Of a DNA stretch of 59,014 bases, positions 12,178 through 24,100 are shown one piece after another. The position numbers and the translations under genes are program-made. The DNA lies in contig CAJINV010000004.1 of the NCBI GenBank assembly GCA_905178155.1, positions 1,458,467 to 1,517,480 on the forward strand. The letters are read 5' to 3'. The stretch is from Amoebophrya sp. A120. Lineage: Eukaryota > Protista > Dinoflagellata. Below the pieces are notes generated by a model, which searched no databases, was not told the DNA's origin, and saw only the letters and a list, made by a program, of their open reading frames with translations. Position 1 is the first letter of the stretch. Each line of letters starts with the position of its first letter.

Positions 12178-15100
12178 ATGGGCGACCCATCCGGGCAGGC
12201 GGACGGCAACGCCGAGAAGGAGACGTGGATTCTTGGTTACATCAAGGATCTCATGGACGTGTCCCTTGATGCGAAGAATTTTACGGCGAAGGAGCGACGC
12301 GAGATGGCTGAGGACGCCTGGGAGGACGAGTTTGGCACTGTGAAAATAAACCAGAGCGTTCTAGAGAAGGATCAGAACAAAAATGGCGAAAAAAATAAGA
12401 CGTCGAGAACCTCCTCCGGGAACAAGGAAACGCTTCTCGTCCCTCTCTCTTCGGATGATGAGGGATTTCTTCCAAACGAGATGATGAAAAGTGGCAAAAG
12501 AACTCTGTCGGAAAGAGGAGCCACGTCATCAAAGAAGCAGGTAACCTACCGGCACCTTGAGAAGCTAGACGCGAAGATGAAGGCGAAAGAAGCTTCTGCG
12601 AAAGGGCCCGGTAAAATAAACAGGAGGCAGGACCACGCGGACCTGAACGACTCGATGCTATGGGATCACCAGCATGAGGGGGCGGGTGACTTCCTCTCCT
12701 CCTCGGTAGAAGACGACATTTTAGATCCGTTTTCGCTCGACGACGCGTTTTACTTTCCCACAGGTGCAGCAGCTTCATCTGGTGCTGCCGGTGCGGCTGC
12801 TGCGTCCTCCTCGTCCGTAGCAGGTCCAACATCTTCTGCGAAGGGAAATAAAAGTGCTAATGGTCGTGAAAACGGCGCGTCTGGAGCTGCGGCGGAAATT
12901 TTTGATGTAGACGACATGCTGGACGAGGACGACGATGCGAACGAGCATCCGAACGAGTACTACCTGCTATCAAATGCAAAAATGTCTGGGTCTGGAAGAA
13001 TGCAACTTGTGATGCTGCATTTGGATTCCAGAAAAATCTGTATTGTATGAGTACCAAAAGGAATGTAGTCTTTGCTACGCGGTGACGGCATCTGTCATGC
13101 GGAATATGCATCCAGTTCCAGAAGCTCTCAAAAAGTCTGTGGTGCTAGGGCATGCATCACAGACATCAGGGCTCATGCAAAACGTGCATGACAAGTGTCA
13201 GAATCTTCCAGACCCAGACATTTTTACAGTTGATACCTGCGCACGCTGTACAAGAGCGAGATCGAGAGCGGGCGAATCTGGGAGATTTTAAGTGACTCCG
13301 AGGAAGAAGAAGGGACTACCTCGATGTCGACCAAGATGACGAAAAAGCGAAAGATAGAAGAGGAGGAAACACCTACCGACTTGAACAAGAACACCACAAA
13401 AGCAGGCGGAACAAGGACTTATCCTATGTAAAAACGTCCCCACACCATAGTCAAGATGGGAAGTCTGCAACACAAATCCCCAAGTTTTGGGGGTTCTGCA
13501 TGACAAGTTTCCATCTGCAGTGTAGTACTGGCTGGCAAGGAAAGCCGCATGACAAAGCCATTTTCTCGTCCTGTTTACAGCATTACAAATTTCAAAACAC
13601 GACTGGAAATGCCTCTCATGGAAGGGCGCATTACAAATCTTCCTGTCATTGCACATTTGCATGACAACTCTGGGGTGGGGACGTTTTTACACAGGATAGG
13701 ACTGGTAGTGTGTTCGCGCGCGTGGCGGCGGAGGAGGAGGAGGAGCGGCAGAAGCTGGCGGCCTTGGGGAAGAAGGCACCAAAAAGGAAGAACAACAAGA
13801 AGAAGGCCGCGAACCCGACGTGGTTGTGGCAGGAGGCGGACGTGGCCACAGGGTACGACCACTTTGGCATATTAAATGCAAAAATGTCTGGGTCTGGAAG
13901 ATTGCGAGACTTGTCATGCTTGTCTGGCAGGACCAAAAAGTTTGTGATGCGTGTCCAAGAAGAGACTCTTTTGCCTGTCATGCAAAAACGCAGTTTGTCA
14001 CGCGAAAAACGCAAGCGCAACACAAAGAAGCGCAGACATTTCTCATGCTTGGCTGTGCATTACAGAGCATTCATTATTCCCAACGCAGCATTACAAGTTT
14101 CCAGACCCAGACATTTTTGTAATCCATATGGCAACCAGGAAGACTACGGTGTGACCGAGAAGATCGCGATGGACTTGGATGACACGGCTGTGGAGTCGTT
14201 CAAACTGGAGAACTTCAATGCAGTCGAGGTCGCAGAGAAGGAAACTGCCAAACCGATGACAAGCGGAAATAAACTAGTATCGAACAAGAGCAAGAAGCAG
14301 GGAGGACCACCAGCTGCTGGCGCGGCAAGCCGAAAGGACTCATCGGGTGCTAATTTCGCAGGATCAACAACTACGAGCCGGCACCTGCGAGCGGGCAGTG
14401 AGGATCTCGACGCGGGAAAGCGGCAGGCGTTTGTGCAGTACTGCCTGGGTCGTTCTTGCGCGGCGAGCAGCAGTTCTGGTGTCATCTCTACTGTGCAGCA
14501 AAGCTCGGCGTCTGCGTCGTCGTCAGGAACTACGAGAGGTAAGAAGAAAGCACAAGGACATCAAGCAGAAGCAAGTCACCAATTATCACAAAATACAACA
14601 ACCTCCACACCCGGAAACTCCCTCTACGAGCCGTTGCCGCTGACGTACCTCGCGGGAAAATCGACGGCGCTGCAGAATTTCACCGAGGTTCCGCCAGAAT
14701 CTTTGCAGGCGTATCTGGAAAGCAGCAGCTGCTGCAACGGGTCGCTGGATGTGGACGTGGAGAAAGTTCTGAAGCCGTACGAGGCGGACGCGAATCTGCA
14801 GAACCAGGTCGCACGGGTTCTGTTGGGGGACTTTCGCGAAGACTGCATGTGGGATTTTTCATCGGGCAGTTCAAGTTCTTCTACTTCTGGGAGTTCTGCT
14901 ACTGCAGGAGATTTTAGCGCCGGGGTCGTGAACAAGAAGGGCAAGGCAGCCAGTTCTTCTTCCTCTTCCTCCTCAGCGCTGAACAATCTGAACACAACAA
15001 CCCATGATACATCAAACGACGGCATAAACTCCACAAACCAGCAAATAAACCATGTGCCGGTGATATGCATTGCAAATATGTCTGGGTCTGGAAGATTGCA

Positions 15101-18100
15101 ACTTGTGATGCAAATTTCAGACAACACAAAGATCTGTCATGCATAAACAGCAAATGCGGCCCAGAAATTGGCACCAAAATAGGAGATTTGTCATGCGGAT
15201 TAGGCATGAGGACACCTTCTCAAGACTTGTGATGCTACGGCTTGCATGACAGACCTCCTTGGTAATGCAAGAGCAGCATGACAAACATGCGCACTCATCC
15301 AGACCCAGACATTTTTACAGTTGATAGGTGACCGGTTTTTCGCCCCACGTGCTGTTCAAGGGCATCTTATTGTGAGGAAAAATCCCCCCTCCCCATATCG
15401 AAAAGGTACGTCGCAGAAAATTTGCATTGCTGATTTGCGGCCACAAATCACCTCTGTCTTGCAAGAAGGCAACGCCACAGGCTCCGCCGCATTTATTATG
15501 CAGGCGGTTTGTGATGCTGCTGGGCCTACAGCGCGGACGTTTCTCATGCTGAGAGCCTAGGCCGAAACCTCTCTGCTCAGGCTCGGCATGGGCCGGCAGT
15601 CCTATCCAGCAAGACAAATCCGATTTGTGTACGCAAATCCCGCATCACAAACTTCGTTTTGATGTGGGGAGGGGGGATCTTTCATTTTGATACATCTGTG
15701 AGGGTTTCTACGGGGGGTTCGAGCCGTGTATGCAGTGCAAAAGCATCGTAAGAAGTACTACAAATTGCATCTTGTTCACAATGAAATTTTTCAAGTAGAA
15801 GAAAAGTGGAATTTGGATTTGCAATGTTTTTTACCTTAGGAGGGAGATCGAGATTTGTCATGTTTGAGTGCAATTTTTAGCTACAACAAGCGCGATGGTT
15901 TTTCAATGCATACCGTGGCTGAAGGAGCAAAATTGTGTTCTACCCCGCGTGGCCTGGCGTGTCGTGAAGAACAAGCCGCTGAAGGAATTCGCCAGTGGCT
16001 ACGGAGTTCTGAACAACAGAAGTAGCAGTGCAAGTTTCACAGGTGCGGGGCAGCTGCAAGGAGGTTTACTGCCTCGGGGACACCACCAGGTCAACACCAG
16101 CTATACGCGCTTACTCGACGCAGATCCGGTCACGAAAAAGGCCGGGGCGACGGGGACCGGGAGCAAGATCACGATTCTGGACCCTTGTCGGGATGACAAG
16201 GTGCTCGTCGAAGCGTCCTCTCCTCTGGACGCCGCCCCCGGTGTAGTAAACCCCTCCGCAGGAGGATCCCCGTCGGACTCCGTCTTTGGCGAGCAGTCGG
16301 AACTAGTTTCATCACGGGCAAATAATCTTCACCAGCCTCCGCAGGAGGAAAATGGACAGCCCGCAGATCAAAATAGTGTCAACCCAGCGAACATCAAAAA
16401 AGCTGCTGCCATGAAGAAAAAGCAACCGCCGCAGCGGGCAGGTTCGAAGGGTAGTGCGAACAACACCGATGGAAGTTCTGATCTGCTGCAGAAGCAGCAG
16501 GACTGGCCAAAGACGCAGAAGTCCAGCGCCACGGTATTCGACGCGGCCTCTTTGGTTGCGCAAGACAACAGTGGCAACGCGGCGGCCCCGCAGCCCCGGC
16601 ACTTCACGCAGCACAGCTTTCAGCTGCGGCCGGAGCAGATGCGCGAGTTGCAGTGGATGAAGGAGCAGGAGCAGGAGAACACGAAAAACTACCTGCAACT
16701 GGCGAACGTGGAGTATCAAATGTAAAAGTGTCTGGGTCTGGAAGAATGCAACTTGTGATGCTGCGTCTGCATTATCCAAAAATCTGTATTGCATGAAGAG
16801 CAAACGAGGTCTGGTTTTGGCCACGGCGAGAGGGCATTTTTCATGCGGTAGAGGCATCAGAAAGCCCTCACAAGATCTGTGATGCCAGGGCATGCATCGC
16901 AGACATCAGGAGTCATGCAGAATGTGCATGACAAACCTTGCATCCTTCCAGACCCAGACATTTTTGCATTGGATATGGAGTGGCGCGAGCCGATTCCCAA
17001 CGAGAAGATGGTGTTTCAGTTATCAGAGAAGTACACAAGAACTCCCCCTCTCCCTCACTTGTGATGCAAAATCCCAAATCCAGTTGCTGCCTTGTGGCAC
17101 TGTATGCATTGCAAATTTTGGAACCTCAAGCAGTATTCTCGTCGTGCACGAGCTCCACGCGAGCTGGCGTGCGTACTATTGCTGTTCATGCTATACAAAT
17201 GAGGGGGAGCAGGGGCGGGAGTTGTGCACTCGCATATCAGTCCGCAAGCGATCAGAAGCGTGAGAAAAAGATTGAGGACTTGGAGCAGCTGGTGAGCGCG
17301 AGTGAGAACGCCGTGGCGACGCTGAACCTGTTCAGCGGGGAGACGACCCGCGAGGCGCTGGAGGAGCCGTTGAACGACGTGCTTCGGCTATGCAAGCAAA
17401 AAACTGAGTAAGTGTAAATTTGTGTTGCAGAACATGCAACAGAGTTACACCTGTCATGCCAAACAGCCACGAAGTCCTATTTTCATGCGTGTTTTCCCTT
17501 ACAAGCGACGCATGACAGGTTTTCTCTGTCATGTAGAGCAAATTTGTGATGCTGTCAGCCAAAGACAGTTACACTTACACACTTTTTTTCTGGATGTCGG
17601 CAGTTTTCGCACACCCAGATTGACCGGGACCAGCACAGCAGTCGGTGCGACAGCCTGCGGATTCAGCAGCCACTGCTCTTTCCCACGCACTTCGCCGCCA
17701 GCCGGCAGGTCACGATTGACATGCTGCTGGAGCTGAAGACAAGAACACAGAAGGAGGTGGCGAAAGCGAGGGAAAATCTCGAACATTTTCAGGCGGCGGA
17801 CAAGAAGAAGGAGTTCTTCCACCTGCAGTATTAAAATGAAAAATGCCCCCACCCCACAGGTTGGCAGCATTTGTATTGCAAACCTTTCAAAAAGAAACTA
17901 TTCCCCGTCTTGCATATATCAGCATCACAAATTTTCCATGCTGAAGAGCTCAAATTTGTATTGCAAAGAGCCCAACACCAGCCGGATCTCTTATGCAAAA
18001 GATGCCTTGCGTGCCTAGATTCTGCATTAGAAAGACTCGCAGTCCTTCCATGCAAGACAAACAGTTTTCATTTGGAAACTTTGCATCAGAAACTTTTGCA

Positions 18101-21100
18101 CATTCTGGGGTGGGGGCATTTTTCATTGCAATATGCAAAAAAACTACCCCGCCGCGCTGCAGCAGAACTTGCTGCTGAACAGCACCTCGAAGAGCGGCGG
18201 CAAGCTTCAACTACCCTCCGCCGACGGTGGCGGCGGTGGTACTGCGAGTGGCGCTATCAAGACGGACTTCGTCGAGATGCGGGTGCAGGGGCCGAAGATC
18301 CGGGTGCGCGGCGGGATTCTGAATGACCAACTGGGGTACGGAAAGACGTGTTTGTATCATGAGGAAAAATCCCCCCTCCCCATATCGAAAACGATTTGAG
18401 TACACAAGTCGACTTGTATTGCTAGAAGGCCAAGACCAAGAGATGCAGTTGGGGCCCCGCTTGCCGGCAATTTGTCATGCTGTTTCCCACTTCCAGCTGC
18501 CTCCTGGCATGGTGAAGAGGCGAGGCTTTCCCACGCCACCCAGCACTACACTTCGCATCTTTCTCCTTCTAGCATGAGAAAATGACTTGTGTACACAAAT
18601 CCCGCATCACAGACTTCCAATTTGATAGGGGGGGAAGTTTTTCACTTTGATAGTTTGATGATCGGCCTGATGGACTGGACGCTGAAGCAGCAGTGCCCGA
18701 AGCGCACCGACCTGAAGTTCTGGGGCGAACGGACGGGGTCCCACCGGACCCACCGCGGCACCCTGGTGGTGATGCCGCCCCACCTCCTCGCGCAGTGGTT
18801 CGAGGAGATCACCAGGTTTGTGGGCAACGACTTTGCCGTGATGCAAATCGCGACGCTGAGCGACCTGAAGGCGCGCACCGTCGCGGACATCCTGAACCAC
18901 GACGTGATTCTTTGCAACAGCAAGGTGTTTGACTCCCCGGGCTACAAGCACCGGGTGCAGGAGCTCTGCAAGTACTGCAACACCGACGCGAAGTTCACGT
19001 CCTTCGCGAGGAAGGAGGAAAAGTACGGTGTGGGCAAGGTCTCAGAAATGGATCTCCAGGCCAGTAAAGCGAACGCGTATAATACAACTAGTGGCGTACA
19101 AGCAGAACAAGCGCAATCGCGATCTGTTGTGGGTGGAAATAAGAATGATGGCAACTACGGAAAAATGCCAGCTTTTGGTTCAACAACTTCGCACAACAGC
19201 GGTGCTTCTTCCAGTACAGCCGGCGGCTTGTTTTTTGGCGCAGCAGCTGGTGCCGGAGGAGCATCGGCCTCCGATGCTGGTGCAGTCCCCTCCACCTCCT
19301 CGACGGGAAATAATTTGTTCGCGGACTTCCTCGATAAGCAGGCGAAGCAAGCCACGTCCTCTTCTTCGTCTTCTTCCGCCGAAGAGCAGGATAATTTTCA
19401 CACCGCCGCGACGAACAACACGAGCAAGCAAGCGGTGCACAACCGCAAGCTGAACTGGGGTTTGTCCTCCCTGTGGGAGAACGAGTTCGAGTGCAAGTTC
19501 GCGGACTTACGGGATCTCGCGGACCGCATATCAAATGTAAAAATGTCTGGGTCTGGAAGATTCTGAGATTTGTCATGCAGTTTTTCCAAGCTCCGCCAAG
19601 TCTCGAATGCAGCGCGTAGCATAACAGGTTCTGCAGCCCCTTGGTGATGCCTATTCTGCATGAGAAATGCCCCCTCGGTATGGCTAGAAATGGGGACCTT
19701 TTGCAAGTCGTGCAACACAGATTTTTGTATGATCCGCAACACCCATCACAAGTTCGCATCCTTCCAGACCCAGACATTTTTACATTTGATACCGCATGCA
19801 GCGCTACGATGAGGTCAGCTTCCGGTTTCCAGTTATGACCCGCTCAGACGTTACAATCTCAACTGTTACATTGGAATCTGGATTTTGTGATGCTAGAAGT
19901 GCAACATGATCCAGCCAACTCGCACAGGATTGCGCATGACAAGTTCTGGAGTGCCAAACCGCACTAGAATTATCTGGCGAAATTTGTATTGCGAAAAGCG
20001 CAAGACTCTGTACGTTCCTTATGCTCTTCATGCAAGGCAAATTCCAGATTCTATTGTGACGTTTGAGATTGTAACACTTGAGCAGGTTATACCAGTCTTG
20101 GAGCTCTTCTATTTCCGTCGCGTGGTGGCCGACGAACTGCACGAAGCCGCGGAGTTTGCGCAAGATTTGCAGTCTATCCCACAGAAAAAAGGCGGCACGG
20201 CATATTTGTTATGCAAAAATAAATGCACAGAAAAATCTGCCATGCTTGGCTCCATAGCATGCTGTTTCAGATATGCAATGCAGATTTTTTGTGTATTTAT
20301 TTTTGCATTACAAACATGCCCTGCCAGCTTTTTTCTGTGTGATACAGTCCTTCGACACGAAACTGCCTTCCTCGGAGGCCAACGCGCGGACCGCCGTGCG
20401 AAACTCGAAATTGGACGATCTGCAGAATGTGGTCGCGGCCGTGGGAACTGCTGCAGGTGGAACTGCAGGGGGGTACGCCGCATTGAAATCCAGCTCGCCG
20501 CGCGACGTGGTTTCCTCCTTGTCTTCCTCCGCGCACGCAGCGAGCCTGTACCCGCACACGTACTACTATCAGATGAGGAAAAGTTTGTACGTAGAGTGTA
20601 GTACCTTTTTTTTGAATGAATGCCCCCTACGAAGATAGACCCAGACGCAAGATAGACCAGCGTGAAGATAGACACAAACGCAATCATCTTGCATGCTGTC
20701 GTGTGGCATCACAAAGTTTTTTTTTACACTAACAAAACAATCTTTTTCTCTTCCATAACGACCGACTCGGCCGCGCTCTGATCTGCCTGCAAAAGATCCG
20801 GAGCTCCTACCGCTGGGCCCTGTCCGGCACGCTACCGCTGCAGAACAGGATGGTGCTGAACCAATTCTTGTCGTTTTTCACGTACGGGAAGTCCGTGCTG
20901 GCGCCGGTGCATATCAAATGCAAAAATGTCTGGGTCTGGAAACTTGTGATGCAAGTCCCTCTGTAAGGCGCCGCCAGGCATGACAAGTTTTTTCGTGTTT
21001 CTGTGCTGCGTATTTCGCATGAGAAACTTCGCTTTTGCATGACAGGCAAGAGGGCCTGTTGGTGGCCACTCAATACAGAGTGAAGAGTCATGCCAGACTA

Positions 21101-24100
21101 GCATGACGAATCTCGCAATCTTCCAGACCCAGACATTTTTGCATTTGATAGTGCAGCACAACGAGCAAGTGTTTCGAGATTTCGTGCGGTCCAACACCTT
21201 GGCCAACGTAACAATTCCGAAAGAAGAGAAGGTGGTGGTGGTGCAGCAGTCGAAATACGAGCACGCCATCTACCTGGACTGCGCCCACCAACTGAAGGAT
21301 GACGCGAGCGCCGCGGGCGCCGGGGGCGGGGTGGCCACCAGCAGTATCATCTCGCTCAGCATGAACGAGAAGAAGCAGTTGCAGCAGGTGTCCCGGAAAT
21401 CCAATTCGAAAAAGGAGACGCTGCTAAAACTCTGCTCCCATTTCTTGCGCGACGACCACGGAGAGGGGGATCTGACCAAGAGCGACCAGGGCGAAACCGG
21501 CCGTATTAAGGATCGGTATCAAATGCAAAAATGTCTGGGTCAGGAAGAGTGCCAGGTTTGTCATGCATATTTTCCATGACCCATGATGTCTGTGATGCAT
21601 GCCCAAGCGTCAGAGATTCTGCGAGAGCTCCCTGATGCTCGTACCGCATGAGAAATTCTCTTTCCGCGTAGCAAAAGTGCATCTCTTTTGCCGTTCATGC
21701 AATACAGATCTTACGTAGAGTGCAACTGTAGCATCACAAGTTAAACCCTTCCAGACCCAGACATTTTTACATTTGATAATCGGAAAAAGGACGCGATCGA
21801 AGCGTGTCGGCGGACTATCACAGGTGAAAAAAAACTTCTGTATAAAGAAGTTCCGTGCTGACACTTTTCGCTTTTCCTTTTTGCATAATCGCGAGCATGT
21901 TGATCATGTGCATGACTAGATCCGGTTCGCGTGCGCGATCTGTTGACGAAGAAAATTCGCAGTTGGTGTTTGATGAACTATACGACGCCCTCGCGATGAA
22001 ATACAAAAAGCATTTTTGGGCCTTCTTCAAGAACTTTGTGCAATATGGATGTCAACACAGTGAAGTTTTTTGGCTGGATACAGAAGCTGCAGGACAGCTG
22101 CCGGAAGTTCGAAGCCTGTCTTCGTGGGTACATGATCACCCTGCAGGACACGCGAAACGAAACCAAGCGCGAGGAAATGAAGGACCAGCGCAGAGCCCGG
22201 CTGAAGAAATACTTTTTGGTATTATACCACCACTAGTATTTATTTACTTTTTTCGACAACTACAGGAACACCAGTTTCCCTATCGATTGTGTACGCTGTC
22301 TCTCGTTTGTCTTTGTTTCATTGAATTTCGTGACTGTAGTTTACTTCCGACATGATCTTCCCGCTCGGGGTATCTGCCTCCTGCAGACCCTTTCCAGAAC
22401 CGACATGAAATTTATTTGCGCAAAACACACAGCGGTACGGCGAAAGTGAGGAGGTGAAAACTGACGACGGACGGACGGTCCGGAAGCAGGCGCAGCCGGA
22501 GAAGGGCTCGGCGGAGGAGATCATGGCCACGGAGATTGTTAACGCGGCCAAGGATGACCCCAAGCACTTGCGGACCGACCGAGACGTAAACACGCTCGAA
22601 AAATTCCAAGACGCGGTGAACCACTACGAGGCTATCGAAAAGGAGGCCTTCGCCAAACTCCAGCGCGCCGTGCGTTATCCAAACGCAAAAGGTCTTCTTC
22701 TTCGTGTAGTTGTCTTATGGTGATCTTCGCGATGTGCAGCTTGCATGACAAACGTTCGCCGCTAAGAGCGAAATAATTTGTGATGCGGTCTGTCAACCTA
22801 GAGACGACTTTTGTGAAGGTGCATAGTTCCGACAAAATGTTTTTTGACGAGATGATGAAGGTGATGGAGAAGGACCGCTTCGAATGCGAAGCCTGCATGT
22901 ATGGAGTTCTCAAATGTTACATTTTCAACTGTATACACGAATTTATGATACAAACGCACAATCAGAATCGGCACGAGCAAGCTGCTTCGCATGACAAATT
23001 CTCGAAGCGCTAAACAGGCTCAGAATCTGCGCCAAACTTGTAATGCAACTGGCGCAATCTTCCCCTTTTCAGTTCTGTCATTCTTGCATCACAAGTTCAT
23101 GCAACAGTTGAGAATGTAACGGTTGAGAACGCCATAGCATGGACGAAGACTGCACGGAGGCCGGAATGTGGCCGTGCTCGCACTTCCTCTGCTACGACTG
23201 CGCCGTATGCATTGCAAATGTATCTGGGGCTGGTTTTGTGATGCGAAATCTGAAGGACAACAAGAACTGTAAAAGTGCACCATGGATGTTGAGTATTACC
23301 ACGGTGCTGGTCGTCCAACTTTTCTGTCGTGCTGGAAGCCAGTTTTTCGGTCGTTTTGCAAATAAGTATGCAATAACGAGCCTCGTAAAATTTCTGATGC
23401 TTTTAAGTATGCCGTGCAAGTGCAAGTGGCTACTCTGCTATGCGAGCGTCGCGAGCAACACAAATTTCCACACCTCCAGGGGTACTTATTTCCGATGTAT
23501 ACCTTGTGCAGCAGTGCAATCGGCAACAGGGCAATGCCCACGGCCCGACGTGCCCGAAGAGGTGTCCGGGGCACGTAAAGGCGAGCGAACTGTGCCGGCT
23601 AACGCTCGGGCGCAACGAGGCCGAAGAGTTGCTCGACAAGCTAGAATATGCATTGCAAATATGTCTGGGTCCGGAAAGAATGGGATTTGTGATGCTACCT
23701 TTGGACTCTACATAAAATCTGTATTGCATGAACAGCACCATAAGAGGCGCAATCTGTGCTACGCGGAGAGGGCATTTCTCATGCGGTATGAGCATCAGAA
23801 AGCCCTCGCAGAATCTCTGATGCTAGGGCATGCGTCACAGATCTCATGGGTCATGGAAAATCTGCATGACAAACTTCTGCATTCTTCCAGACCCAGACAT
23901 TTTTGCATTTGATATGGAAGACGACTCCAGTATCATCGGGAAGTACGGCTCAAAACTGAAGCAGATCGTGCAACTGCTAAAAACGAGCGGCGACGTGACA
24001 ACATCGTCCGGTGGAGGTTTTAATACAACAACCGGAGCTGCAACTGCAACGAATCCGAACGGAGCTGCTGCTGCTTCTTCTGTTGCGCCAGTAGCTCTTG

